Assembly: GCA_944377365.1 (NCBI GenBank)
Contig: CALWEQ010000010.1
Coordinates: 70,455-134,454 of the forward strand
Origin: an uncultured Clostridia bacterium
GTDB lineage: Bacteria > Bacillota > Clostridia > Christensenellales > UBA1242
DNA: 64,000 nt
Direction: 5' to 3'
The position numbers and the translations under genes are program-made. Shown here one piece after another: positions 26,631 through 36,466 of this stretch. How positions within the stretch are numbered: position 1 is the stretch's first letter; each line of letters begins with the position of its first letter. Below the pieces are notes generated by a model, which searched no databases, was not told where the DNA came from, and was given only the letters and a program-made list of their open reading frames with translations.

Positions 26631-27347
26631 TTAATTTTCACCTTTATCATAATAATTTTTAGACAAATCATCTTTAATTAGTTCTAATGCCTTTGCCTCT
26701 ATTCTTGAAACGTAACTTCTTGATATTCCAAGTTCCTCTGCGAGTTCCTTTTGAGTGTAAACTTTTTGGCCATTTAGTCCATATCTTTTAATCACGATTT
26801 CTTTTTCTCGTTTTGTCAAATGTTTGTCAATGACATTGTTTATTTTCTCCATAATAAATGATGATGAGACGGCATCTTCTACCTCGTCTTCATCAGATTC
26901 AATTATGTCCATTAAAAGCACTTCATTGCCATCTTTATCCGAGGCAAATTTACTTGATAAAGAAACGACATCCTTATGTTTCTTGTTTACCCTTATCAAC
27001 ATTAATATTTCATTGTCAATGCATTTTGAAGCATAAGTCGCAAGTCCAACACCTTTTTCATAATTGAAGCTGTCAATAGCTTTAATTAACCCTATTGCAC
27101 CCACAGAAATCAAATCATCAACTTCAATTGTAACCGAACCAGCATATTTTTTTACAATGTGCGACACCAACCGCAGATTGTGATTAATAAGTTTGCTTCT
27201 AGCCTGCATATCCCCTTTTTCACGATATTTGATAAGTAGTTCTTTTTCCTTTTCCTTACTTAATGGTTTTGGAAAACCTTCTGTATTGTTGATAAAAGCA
27301 GTAAAACATCTAAGTTTTGACAAAAAAAATGGTAAACTTTCAAACAC
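26631..27347 (-). CDS. sigK: sporulation sigma factor, SigK-like (pro-sigma with a short N-terminal leader)
   Basis: FPKPLS, HNLRLVSHIVKKY, DLISVGAIGLIKAIDSF and GISRSYVSRIEAKAL are closer to SigK than SigE wording. GTG start after AAGGAGAGG. Confidence 0.7.
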   Translation of the reverse strand: MFESLPFFLSKLRCFTAFINNTEGFPKPLSKEKEKELLIKYREKGDMQARSKLINHNLRLVSHIVKKYAGSVTIEVDDLISVGAIGLIKAIDSFNYEKGVGLATYASKCIDNEILMLIRVNKKHKDVVSLSSKFASDKDGNEVLLMDIIESDEDEVEDAVSSSFIMEKINNVIDKHLTKREKEIVIKRYGLNGQKVYTQKELAEELGISRSYVSRIEAKALELIKDDLSKNYYDKGEN

Positions 27348-27480
27348 AAGACCTCTCCTTTTAGAAAAATGTATATGTCGAAATTTACCGAATTTTGCTT
27401 GGACATATTAAATTGATTGGCATAATTTAAAATTAAAAAAACAAGCCTTAAAATTGACTTGTTTTTAATTGAAACAAAAA

Positions 27481-28377
27481 TTAAAACAACTCTTCAACAA
27501 ATTCCTTTGCATTAAAAGGTTCAATATCATCAATACCTTCGCCCGTCCCAATAAACACAACGGGTTTTTTTAAATCTCTTTCAATCGCCACAACAACGCC
27601 ACCCTTTGCGGTTCCATCAAGCTTTGTCAAGATAATTCCATCTATGGCTATGCTTTCATTGAAGGCTGTTATTTGATTAAGTGCATTTTGACCTGTTGTT
27701 GCATCCAAAACTATAAAGGTCAATCTTTGTGCGTTTGGATATTCGCGTGCGGTGACTTTCCCGATCTTTTTCAATTCTTCCATAAGATTTGTTTTTGTGT
27801 GCAACCGCCCTGCTGTGTCAATTATTAAAACATCGGTGTTTTTTGCCTTTGCACTGGCAATACCGTCGTAAACAACTGCAGCTGCATCAGCACCTTCTGC
27901 ATGTTTTATTATTCTTGTTTTGGACCTTTCTGCCCACATTGAAAGCTGTTCACTTGCTGCTGCTCTAAACGTGTCGCCTGCAACTAAAGTTACTGACTTT
28001 TTTTGATTTTGAAAATATTTCGCAAGCTTTCCTATGGTCGTAGTCTTTCCGACACCGTTAACACCTATAATAGTTATTACCATTGGATAGTTAAATTCAA
28101 GCTTTGGTGCATTTTCAAGTTGATTTGCAAGAATAGTTTTCAAAGCTTTTTTTACTTCAACGGCTGTGCGAATTTTGTTTTTCCTAGCATAGATTCTAAG
28201 TTCATCAACAATCTGCATTGATGGCTTAACTCCCAGATCACATGAAACCAATATGTCAGTCAGATCTTCGAAAAATTCATCATCAAGTTCACCATGAGAA
28301 AGCAGTGCGTCAATTTTGCGCGAAAATGCTTCTCTGGTTTTTCTTAATGCTTCCTTTATTTTTTTTAATAATCCCAT
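27481..28377 (-). CDS. ftsY: signal recognition particle receptor FtsY
   Basis: NG domain with GVNGVGKTTTIGKLA, DTAGRLH and TKLDGTAKGG. Confidence 0.95.
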   Translation of the reverse strand: MGLLKKIKEALRKTREAFSRKIDALLSHGELDDEFFEDLTDILVSCDLGVKPSMQIVDELRIYARKNKIRTAVEVKKALKTILANQLENAPKLEFNYPMVITIIGVNGVGKTTTIGKLAKYFQNQKKSVTLVAGDTFRAAASEQLSMWAERSKTRIIKHAEGADAAAVVYDGIASAKAKNTDVLIIDTAGRLHTKTNLMEELKKIGKVTAREYPNAQRLTFIVLDATTGQNALNQITAFNESIAIDGIILTKLDGTAKGGVVVAIERDLKKPVVFIGTGEGIDDIEPFNAKEFVEELF

Positions 28378-28387
28378 TATTACTCCT

Positions 28388-31300
28388 TTAAGCAGATTGA
28401 TCGAGTTTGATTGCGTCTGAAAGTTTTACTGAAACGATTTTAGACACGCCTTTTTCTTCCATAGTGACTCCAAAAAGCGAATCGGCATATTCCATAGTCG
28501 GCTTTTTGTGAGTAATGAGAATAAACTGAGTTTCGTCAGACAGCTTTTTTAAGTACTTGTCGACTATTTCTACGTTTGAATCGTCAAGAGCTGCTTCGAC
28601 CTCGTCGAATAAACAAAATGGCAAAGGCTTAATTCGCAAGATTGCAAAGATTATTGCCATTGCTGTCAAAGACTTTTCACCACCTGAGTACAGCGACATG
28701 TTTTGTATTTTCTTTCCTGGAGGCTGAACAAAAACTTCGACACCTGATTCAAGCGGATTCTCTGGGTCAACCAGCTCTAACTTTGCATTTCCACCTCCAA
28801 ATAATTCGCGGAAAGTAATTTTAAAGCTTTCATTTATTTTTTCAAGCTCGCTTGTGAATTTTTCGATCATTATGGATGAAAGATCTTTTATAATTTTTGT
28901 CAAATCTTCTTCTGCCTTCTTTAAGTCGTCGGATTGAGCCGAAAGCAAATTATGCCTTTCCAGAAGTGCAGAGCAATCTTCGATTGCATTTACGTTAATT
29001 GGGCCAAGAGCAGATATTGATCTTTTTATATGGGCTATTTCAGGCATTGCAGTTTTTATATCAAAATCTGGACGTTTAAATTCTAGGCAATCGTTGTAAG
29101 AGAGTGAATATTCTTCAAATATTCTCTCTTGCATAACTTCGATGTCTTGATCGACTTTTGCTAAGTTCATCTCTTCCCTATATTTTCTGTCGTTTATGCG
29201 ATTTAATTCCTCCATAAGCCCTGTCTTTTTGGCATCAAGCGTTCTTAAAAGTGCTGAAAGTTGAATTTTTTCATCTTCGGTCTGCTTTTGCTTTTGACTT
29301 AACGAGTCAAGCTCTTCTTTTGCTTTACTTCTAGGTGCACTTGCAAGACGTTCTTTGATTAATTGCTCGGCTGAATCAATAAATGACAAATTGTCCTCAA
29401 TATGTGATTTTAAAAGTCGAATGTTTTCATTTTGAGCGCCTATCTCGTTTGCAAGTCTAACCGATTCGCTTTTTATGTTTTCAAGTTGAGCTTTTACAGA
29501 GGCTATTTCAACTTTAATCGTTGTTAGGTTGCCACTCAATTCTTCAAGATTTTTTCTTAGTTTTTCAGTTTGTGCACGTTTGTTTTCAAAAAGTGAACTT
29601 GCATCGCTTTCATTTCCTGAAAGTGCAGATTTTAGAAGCGCAGATTTTTCATACTCTTCGCTAACAAGTTTTAATTTGTTTGAAATTGTTTCTCGTTCCA
29701 TTTGTAGAACATTTAAAGTCTCCTTTGACTCTTTAATAGCATTTTCTATGGATTCTGTTTTTGCTTTTAATGATGTCAATTCAACAGAAAGGTTGTTTTT
29801 TCTTTCAACCAGTTTTTGCTGACGATCTCTTACAGCATCATGTTCTGTCATTAAAGAAGATTTTTCTGTTTCTGCGTTTTGTAAAAATGTTTTTAAAGAA
29901 ACAATCTCTTTTTTCAATGTGTCTATTTCTCTTTCACGACTCATTAAACCCACTGCTTCACTCTTTTTGCTACCGCCTGTTATTGAGCCCTGCGGATTGA
30001 TTACATCGCCGTCAAGAGAAACTATTTTAAACGCATATCCACTAGCTTTCGACATTTGTATTGCGTCAATCAATTTTTCTACTATGACTGTCCCACCTAA
30101 TAGCCCAGAAACTACGTTGTCAATTTTGTTGTCATATGAGATCAGTTCGCTTGCTATTCCAATAAAGCCATGCATATTTTTAATCTGTGAAGTTGAGATT
30201 GATCTTCTTTTCATTGAAGATATAGGTAAAAATGTTGCTCTTCCATAATGGTTTTGTTTTAAGAATTCTACAAGCTCTTTTGCTCCATTTTCATCATATG
30301 TAACTATGTTTTGCACACTAGAGCCAAGGGCTACTTCTATTGCAGTTTCAAATTTTTCAGGCACTTTAATCAATGAAGCAACAACACCTACTATGTTTTT
30401 TGACAATGAGTTTGCATTTGCAGAAAGTTTTAGCAGTTTTTTGACTGCATAATTGTATCCTTCAAATTCTGCTTGCATATCCGAGAGAAGTTTTAGTCTG
30501 TTTTCAAAAACCTTCAATTCAGTTTCCTTGTTTTGTCTGTTGCTTTCAAATTCTTGCAAACGCTTTGCAACAATGCTAGCTTTGGCAGTAACCTCCCCGC
30601 TTTCTTTTTCCGTAGCAGAAAGAGCTCCGGAAGTTTGGCTTGATTGACCTAGTAGCAATGAATAATTTTGTTCTTGCTCAGATATTTTTTGTTTAATTTC
30701 ACTTATTTGAGCTTCAACGTTTTGTAAACTGGAGGTCAATAATTCTTTTTCAGTGCCAAACTTAGACAATGAACTCTTCGCGTCAGACAATGAACCAAGT
30801 GTCTCAATAAATTTTTGTTGGGATTTGTTTGTTTGCGTTTCATTAAAGTCAATTTCCTGCGCTACTTCATGATATTTTTGAGAAAGCTCATCAAAAGCAG
30901 TTTCCAATGATGCCAATTTACTTTCAAATACTTTTTGATTATTCTCATTTTTAGCTTTTGCTTCTAACGCGAATTCTACCGCTTTTTCAGCATTTGACAA
31001 ATCCAAATTTAATCGATCGTTTTCTTTTTGAGTAAAAAGTATTCTCTCGCGAGCGACCTTGGTTTCTCCCTCTTGCTTTTCTAAATTTACCGTAAGCTCC
31101 AAAATCCTTGAATTTAATTTTGAAAGAGCAACATCAAAATTATCCAACCTGTGCATCGCTTCATTATATTGATTGGTTGCTTCATTCATTTCGTTGTCAC
31201 GCAGAGCAAGTTCCTCCATTATTGCGTCAAGTTTGACACGAATATTGTTTTTAAATTCACTTGCATTTTCATATTGATAAACATAAGCATTAACTTCCAA

Positions 31301-31972
31301 ATCTTTTAGTTGTGCTTTAAATTCAAGATATTTTTTAGCATTTTCTGCTTGTTTTTTTAATGGACCCATTTGCCTGTCGATTTCAAGCAAGATGTCGCCT
31401 ACACGAGCTAGATTTTGCCTCGCATTGTCAAGCTTTCTTTCTGCGTCAGTTTTGTCTTTTTTGTATTTTGCAATGCCCGCTGCATCTTCAAACATGCTTC
31501 TTCTGTTTTCTGGTTTTGACTCAACAATCTCAGTAACTTTTCCTTGACCGATTATCGAATAACCACTTTTCCCTAAACCCGAGTTATATAGCAGATTTGT
31601 TATATCCCTCAAAAGACAGGTGTTTCTGTTTATCAAATACTCACTCTCACCTGAGCGATAAAGTTTTCTTGTTATGATTAACTCGTCATAATCAAAATCA
31701 AAATATCTGCTTGTGTTGTCAAAATGCAATGACACTTCACAGTAAGAAAGGCTTTTTCTTTTTTCTGTGCCGTTAAAAATGACGTCTTGCATGCTGTCTG
31801 CACGCAAATCTTTGACCTTTTGTTCTCCTAGCACCCACCTAATAGCATCTGCCACATTGCTCTTGCCACAGCCATTTGGCCCAACGATCGCAGTAAAACC
31901 ATCGTTAAATTCTATCACTGTTTTATCAGCGAAAGACTTAAATCCAGACATTTCTATTTTTTTTAAGATCAT
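28388..31972 (-). CDS. smc: chromosome partition protein Smc
   Basis: 1194 aa with Walker A GPNGCGKSN, long coiled coils, a hinge, signature LSGGEKSLTA and Walker B LFDEVEAALD. Confidence 0.95.
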   Translation of the reverse strand: MILKKIEMSGFKSFADKTVIEFNDGFTAIVGPNGCGKSNVADAIRWVLGEQKVKDLRADSMQDVIFNGTEKRKSLSYCEVSLHFDNTSRYFDFDYDELIITRKLYRSGESEYLINRNTCLLRDITNLLYNSGLGKSGYSIIGQGKVTEIVESKPENRRSMFEDAAGIAKYKKDKTDAERKLDNARQNLARVGDILLEIDRQMGPLKKQAENAKKYLEFKAQLKDLEVNAYVYQYENASEFKNNIRVKLDAIMEELALRDNEMNEATNQYNEAMHRLDNFDVALSKLNSRILELTVNLEKQEGETKVARERILFTQKENDRLNLDLSNAEKAVEFALEAKAKNENNQKVFESKLASLETAFDELSQKYHEVAQEIDFNETQTNKSQQKFIETLGSLSDAKSSLSKFGTEKELLTSSLQNVEAQISEIKQKISEQEQNYSLLLGQSSQTSGALSATEKESGEVTAKASIVAKRLQEFESNRQNKETELKVFENRLKLLSDMQAEFEGYNYAVKKLLKLSANANSLSKNIVGVVASLIKVPEKFETAIEVALGSSVQNIVTYDENGAKELVEFLKQNHYGRATFLPISSMKRRSISTSQIKNMHGFIGIASELISYDNKIDNVVSGLLGGTVIVEKLIDAIQMSKASGYAFKIVSLDGDVINPQGSITGGSKKSEAVGLMSREREIDTLKKEIVSLKTFLQNAETEKSSLMTEHDAVRDRQQKLVERKNNLSVELTSLKAKTESIENAIKESKETLNVLQMERETISNKLKLVSEEYEKSALLKSALSGNESDASSLFENKRAQTEKLRKNLEELSGNLTTIKVEIASVKAQLENIKSESVRLANEIGAQNENIRLLKSHIEDNLSFIDSAEQLIKERLASAPRSKAKEELDSLSQKQKQTEDEKIQLSALLRTLDAKKTGLMEELNRINDRKYREEMNLAKVDQDIEVMQERIFEEYSLSYNDCLEFKRPDFDIKTAMPEIAHIKRSISALGPINVNAIEDCSALLERHNLLSAQSDDLKKAEEDLTKIIKDLSSIMIEKFTSELEKINESFKITFRELFGGGNAKLELVDPENPLESGVEVFVQPPGKKIQNMSLYSGGEKSLTAMAIIFAILRIKPLPFCLFDEVEAALDDSNVEIVDKYLKKLSDETQFILITHKKPTMEYADSLFGVTMEEKGVSKIVSVKLSDAIKLDQSA

Positions 31973-31988
31973 GATTGCCTTCCTTTTG

Positions 31989-32612
31989 TTAAACTTTAAA
32001 AAGTTTTTCTATTGCATTTTTTGCACAGTTTTGTTCCGCCGAAACTTTATCCTTGCCTTTACCAGTGCTGATTTTGTCTTCATCCATATAAAATGTTGAT
32101 GTAAAACCATTTTCAGTTTTTTGAGTGACATACTTAATTGCACATTTAAATCCTGCTTGAACGAGTTCTTGAAGTTTGCTTTTATAGTTGTCGTCTTGAA
32201 CTGAACGAAAATCACTTAAATGAAAATGATTTTTTAAGAATTTTTTTGCTTGGCTTAAACCACCGTCTAAATATATTCCTGCAATTATTGCTTCTATAAC
32301 ATCAGCTTTTATAGCTTTCGAAACTGCATTCCTCATACTTTTGCCAAGCATGATGTCTTCTTGCAAGTTAAGCGTGTCAAAAATTGATGCGAGATAATTT
32401 TCAGAAACAAAGTGGCTACGCTTAACAGTTAAATAGCCTTCATCTTCGTTTGTGCTTTTAAACAAATATTCACCTACAAGGAAATCTAAAATGCTGTCAC
32501 CCAAAAATTCAAGCCTTTCATAATTGTCCGCCGATTTAGATGAATGTGTAAGCGCTTGTGAAAGCAAACTTTTGTTTTTAAAAGTGTATTTTAATTTCTT
32601 TTCAATCATCAT
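31989..32612 (-). CDS. rnc: ribonuclease III
   Basis: NYERLEFLGDSILDF signature plus a C-terminal dsRBD. Overlaps the plsX stop by 4 nt. Confidence 0.95.
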   Translation of the reverse strand: MMIEKKLKYTFKNKSLLSQALTHSSKSADNYERLEFLGDSILDFLVGEYLFKSTNEDEGYLTVKRSHFVSENYLASIFDTLNLQEDIMLGKSMRNAVSKAIKADVIEAIIAGIYLDGGLSQAKKFLKNHFHLSDFRSVQDDNYKSKLQELVQAGFKCAIKYVTQKTENGFTSTFYMDEDKISTGKGKDKVSAEQNCAKNAIEKLFKV

Positions 32613-33613
32613 TCTACCTTTTCTGCAAGAGCATTTTCTATCTTTGCAATTAATTGATTTTTATGGAGTAATATTGCTTGTTGAATTGAGGAAGCAATGT
32701 TTTGTCGGCCTGAACTTCCATGATTTTTCATAACAAGTTTTTTAACTCCTAAAAACGGTGATCCACCGTGTTTGCTTAAAACATCAATTCTGTTTTTTAG
32801 TTCATTAAAAGTTTTACGCATAAACAAAGCACCTAATTTTGACAAAAAATGAGATTTTATTGACTTTTTAAGCAAAGACAACACTGCGCCCACAGCACCC
32901 TCTGATGCCTTTAACAACACATTGCCTGCGAAACCTTCTGCAACCATTACATCTATGTCGCCAGACATATATTCTCTTGCTTCGACATTTCCGATGAAGT
33001 TTAGTTTGCTGTTTTTTAAAATATGATAAGCTTCTCTTGTAAGATCGTTGCCTTTGTGTTCTTCTACACCAATATTAAGTAGCCCAACCTTTGGATTTTC
33101 AACATCATAAAGTATTGAATAGTAAGCCGAAGCCATCAATGCAAAATGATAAAGATTTATTGGTTTACAATCTATGTTGGCGCCACTATCACACAACAGC
33201 ACATCCTTATTATTTTTTTTGGTAGGCAAAATTGGCGCCAATGCAGGCCTTGTAATTCCTTTAATTCTACCGATTTTCATAATTGCACCAGTAAGTATTG
33301 CCCCAGTAGATCCAGCGGAAACAAGCGCTATGACGTCATCTTGTGTTTTTAATATATCAAATGCCCTTACGAGAGAAGAATCTTCCATTTTTCTTATAGC
33401 TTCGGTAGGAACATGATCATTAGTTATAACACTAGGCGCGTGTTCAATAATTATTCGATCAACATATCTTCCAGCAAGCAAGCTTTCTAGCTTATTCTTA
33501 TCACCAGTTAAAATGACTTGCAAATCTTTGTTGCGTTCAAGCGCAATTACAACACCTTCTATAATTTCATCAGGTGCCTTATCTCCGCCAAAAGCGTCCA
33601 CTACTATTTTCAT
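32609..33613 (-). CDS. plsX: phosphate acyltransferase PlsX
   Basis: MKIVVDAFGGDKAP start after GAGG. GSTGA motif region. The track N-terminal extension lacks an SD. Confidence 0.95.
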   Translation of the reverse strand: MKIVVDAFGGDKAPDEIIEGVVIALERNKDLQVILTGDKNKLESLLAGRYVDRIIIEHAPSVITNDHVPTEAIRKMEDSSLVRAFDILKTQDDVIALVSAGSTGAILTGAIMKIGRIKGITRPALAPILPTKKNNKDVLLCDSGANIDCKPINLYHFALMASAYYSILYDVENPKVGLLNIGVEEHKGNDLTREAYHILKNSKLNFIGNVEAREYMSGDIDVMVAEGFAGNVLLKASEGAVGAVLSLLKKSIKSHFLSKLGALFMRKTFNELKNRIDVLSKHGGSPFLGVKKLVMKNHGSSGRQNIASSIQQAILLHKNQLIAKIENALAEKVE

Positions 33614-33811
33614 AGCTACCTCACAATTAATGTCAATACAAGTATAAATAAAACAAGAAAATAAGTAAAGCAATTTTTACTGTTTTTTGATATTAGAAAC
33701 TTACAGAAGAAAATTTAAAATCCCTTTTTTAAATGCAATCTAGAATAGAATTCTAGAAATTAAAATTTTGTGAACAAGCTTTTTAATTTGTTGACATCAT
33801 TATAAAAAAAC

Positions 33812-33850
33812 TTCAAAAAATAAAAGCACTTTAAATCAATTTAAAGTGCT
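33812..33850 (-). terminator. bidirectional-shaped terminator after rpmF
   Basis: AGCACTTTAAA/TTTAAAGTGCT 11-bp stem with T-runs on both strands. Confidence 0.7.
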
Positions 33851-33924
33851 TATTTTTTTCTTAACACTAGATATAGTATGTTTTATATCATAAAATACAA
33901 CACATCTAGAAATTCAACATAACA

Positions 33925-34119
33925 TTACGCCTTTTTCTTTTTGTCCACTTCAATAACGGTTTGATTTTTGTATGTCCCGCATTTTTTGCAAGCCTCGTGA
34001 GGTGCTTTCATTTCGTGGCATTGTGGGCACTCTACAAGAGTTGGAGCCGCAGCTTTAAAATTAGCTGAATTTCTTTTGTTTCTTCTTGCTTTTGATACCT
34101 TACCCTTTGGAACAGCCAT
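33925..34119 (-). CDS. rpmF: 50S ribosomal protein L32 (zinc-ribbon form)
   Basis: MAVPKGKVSKARRNKR with CPQC...CKKC. SD AAGGAGG. Confidence 0.95.
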   Translation of the reverse strand: MAVPKGKVSKARRNKRNSANFKAAAPTLVECPQCHEMKAPHEACKKCGTYKNQTVIEVDKKKKA

Positions 34120-34151
34120 GATTTCCTCCTTAATAGTTTATATTCTTACTT

Positions 34152-34180
34152 ATTATAGTCATTTGATTTAGTTTTGTCAA
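34152..34180 (-). promoter_or_regulatory. consensus sigma-A promoter of rpmF
   Basis: TTGACA (34180-34175), 17 nt, TATAAT (34157-34152). Confidence 0.65.
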
Positions 34181-34190
34181 GCAATTTAGC

Positions 34191-35396
34191 TTATTTTTTT
34201 AACCCAGAAAGCTTTAATGTGTCTCGTGCTATCAAAAGTTCTTCATCAGTTGGAATTCTATATGCTTTTATAGTAGAATCAGGGGTTGAAAGCTCTTCAA
34301 CAGTTCCTCTTGGAAGTGTAAGATTTTTTTTGCGATCAAATTTTAAACCAACGTATGAGAGTTTGTCCATAACGTATTCGCGCAAATCTTCTTGATTCTC
34401 TCCTAGCCCAGCTGTGAAGACTATTGCGTCTACACCGCCCAAAACATTGAGCATTGCGCCAACATATTTTGATATTCTATAAAACAGCATATCACGTGCC
34501 AAAAGTGCCTTTTTGTCGCCTTCTTCAATAAGTTTGTTTATGTCTCTCATGTCACTGCTCTTGCCAGAAATTCCTAAAACTCCACATTGTTTGTTGAAGT
34601 AGTCAACCATTTCATCAGCATTTAAGCCTTTTCTTTTACCCAAAAATGCTAAAACTGTTGGATCAATATCCCCTGTTCGAGTCCCCATCATTAAACCTTC
34701 AAGAGGGGTAAATCCCATCGTCGTGTCAACACATTTGCCATGATCAATAGCAGTAATTGATGAACCGTTTCCTATGTGACATGATATGATTTTCAATTCT
34801 TCCGGCTTTTTGCCCATTATTTTCGCAGTTTCCTGCATAATATACCTGTGACTTGTCCCGTGAAAGCCATATTTTCTCACATGATATTTTTCGTAATCTT
34901 CATATTTAATACCATACATGTATGCTATTGGAGGCATAGTAGAATGGAAGGCGGTGTCAAACACTACGACTTGAGGAGTGTTTGGCATAACTTGTCTGCA
35001 CCCAACCATTCCAGCAATATTTGCGCTTGCATGCAGTGGCGACAAATCTTTCATCATTTCAAGATTAGAAATTAGTTCATCGGTAATTATTTCGGAATCA
35101 AAATACATCCATCCACCATGCACACATCTATGGCCAACTGCAGATATTTCATCAAACGATTTTATGACTGCAAGCTTGCCTGACGAAAGTTTTTTTAGCA
35201 AAACCTTTAACGCTTCTGTATGGTTTTTCATGCTTGCGAATTCTTTTTCCTCTTCGCCTTTTGCCTTGTAGCTTATAAACGAACCTTCAAGTCCAATTTT
35301 TTCGCAATTACCTTTTGCGATTACACTTTCATTATTCATCTCAAACAATTGAAATTTTATTGAGCTAGAACCTGCGTTAATTATTAGAATTTTCAT
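34191..35396 (-). CDS. ackA: acetate kinase
   Basis: MKILIINAGSSSIKFQLF start, HRCVHGG and GFHGTSH motifs. Confidence 0.95.
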   Translation of the reverse strand: MKILIINAGSSSIKFQLFEMNNESVIAKGNCEKIGLEGSFISYKAKGEEEKEFASMKNHTEALKVLLKKLSSGKLAVIKSFDEISAVGHRCVHGGWMYFDSEIITDELISNLEMMKDLSPLHASANIAGMVGCRQVMPNTPQVVVFDTAFHSTMPPIAYMYGIKYEDYEKYHVRKYGFHGTSHRYIMQETAKIMGKKPEELKIISCHIGNGSSITAIDHGKCVDTTMGFTPLEGLMMGTRTGDIDPTVLAFLGKRKGLNADEMVDYFNKQCGVLGISGKSSDMRDINKLIEEGDKKALLARDMLFYRISKYVGAMLNVLGGVDAIVFTAGLGENQEDLREYVMDKLSYVGLKFDRKKNLTLPRGTVEELSTPDSTIKAYRIPTDEELLIARDTLKLSGLKK

Positions 35397-36379
35397 ATTT
35401 TTTTCTCCTTTACTTGTAAAACTGTAACAGCTGTTGTGAGCAAAATTTCTTCAACTGAGCAACCACGTGACACATCATTGACTGGTTTTTTTAATCCCTG
35501 TAATATTGGGCCGACTGCTTGTAGGCCTCCCAAAGATTGCATGGCTTTGTAGCAAATATTACCAGAATTTAGGTCTGGAAAAATCAAAATGTTTGCATCA
35601 CCATTTATTATGCTGTCTGGCGTTTTGATTTTTGAAACTTTAGGATTTAATGCAGAATCAAATTGAAGCTCGCCATCGCTAACAACACCTGGCTTCGTAA
35701 AAAGTTTTGACGCTTTTTCAACTTTCTCGACTTTGTCGCCTTTAGCACTTCCGTGTGAAGAATATGATAAAAACGCAAGCTTTGACTGTTCAAAATTTAA
35801 AAGTTTTGCAGTCTCTGCAGTTTGTGATGCGATTGTTGATAGTTGTTCGATCGTAGGTTCAACCACAAGAGCGCAATCTGCTAAAAGTAAGTCTTTATTA
35901 TTCAAGAATTTATTTTTCCCAAAAAGTAAAATAGATGATGAAACTAGCCCGTCTTTTTTCACAGCTTTAATGATTTGAAGTGCCGGTCTAACTGTGTTTG
36001 CAGTAGATGTTTCCGCACCACAAACCATGCCATCAGCAATGTCCATATCAACAATAGCTGTTGCAAAATAATAGGGATCAACCGCCAACTTTTCTGCTTC
36101 TTCAATTGTCATCCCCTTGTTTTTTCTTTTAGAATAAATATGTTTTGCGATTTTGTTTTTTAATGGGCTAGTCTTAGGATTCATGATAGTAAATGAAACT
36201 AGCGATTTGTCTCTTATAACAAGGCTTGATTCGTCACCTATTAATATTGGTTTGCAAATTTTCTTTTTTTGCAATATTTTTACTGCACTTAAAATTCTGT
36301 CACTAAAACCAGCTTCTGGAAAAACAATAGTTTTGTTTTTTGATCTTGCTTTTTTATAAAGCTCTTTTACATTAAACAT
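35393..36379 (-). CDS. pta: phosphate acetyltransferase
   Basis: Short PTA_PTB-only form with IVFPEAGFSDRIL and GPILQGLKKPVNDVSRGCS. ATG 36379 preferred (AAAGG 9 nt upstream) over the track TTG at 36388. Confidence 0.9.
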   Translation of the reverse strand: MFNVKELYKKARSKNKTIVFPEAGFSDRILSAVKILQKKKICKPILIGDESSLVIRDKSLVSFTIMNPKTSPLKNKIAKHIYSKRKNKGMTIEEAEKLAVDPYYFATAIVDMDIADGMVCGAETSTANTVRPALQIIKAVKKDGLVSSSILLFGKNKFLNNKDLLLADCALVVEPTIEQLSTIASQTAETAKLLNFEQSKLAFLSYSSHGSAKGDKVEKVEKASKLFTKPGVVSDGELQFDSALNPKVSKIKTPDSIINGDANILIFPDLNSGNICYKAMQSLGGLQAVGPILQGLKKPVNDVSRGCSVEEILLTTAVTVLQVKEKKI

Positions 36380-36466
36380 TTTGTCCAACCTTTAATATTT
36401 TTTCATTCTTTTCAGTAAACATATTTAGTATAAAAAATTTCTTTTATACATGTCAAATCATTAGAG

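Noticed and set aside
27348-27400. Mother-cell sigma (SigE/SigK) type promoter CATATACAT upstream of sigK
   Set aside because: It only partially resembles the CATACA-T or CATA---TA consensus, and no convincing -35 partner exists. Cannot be supported by eye.
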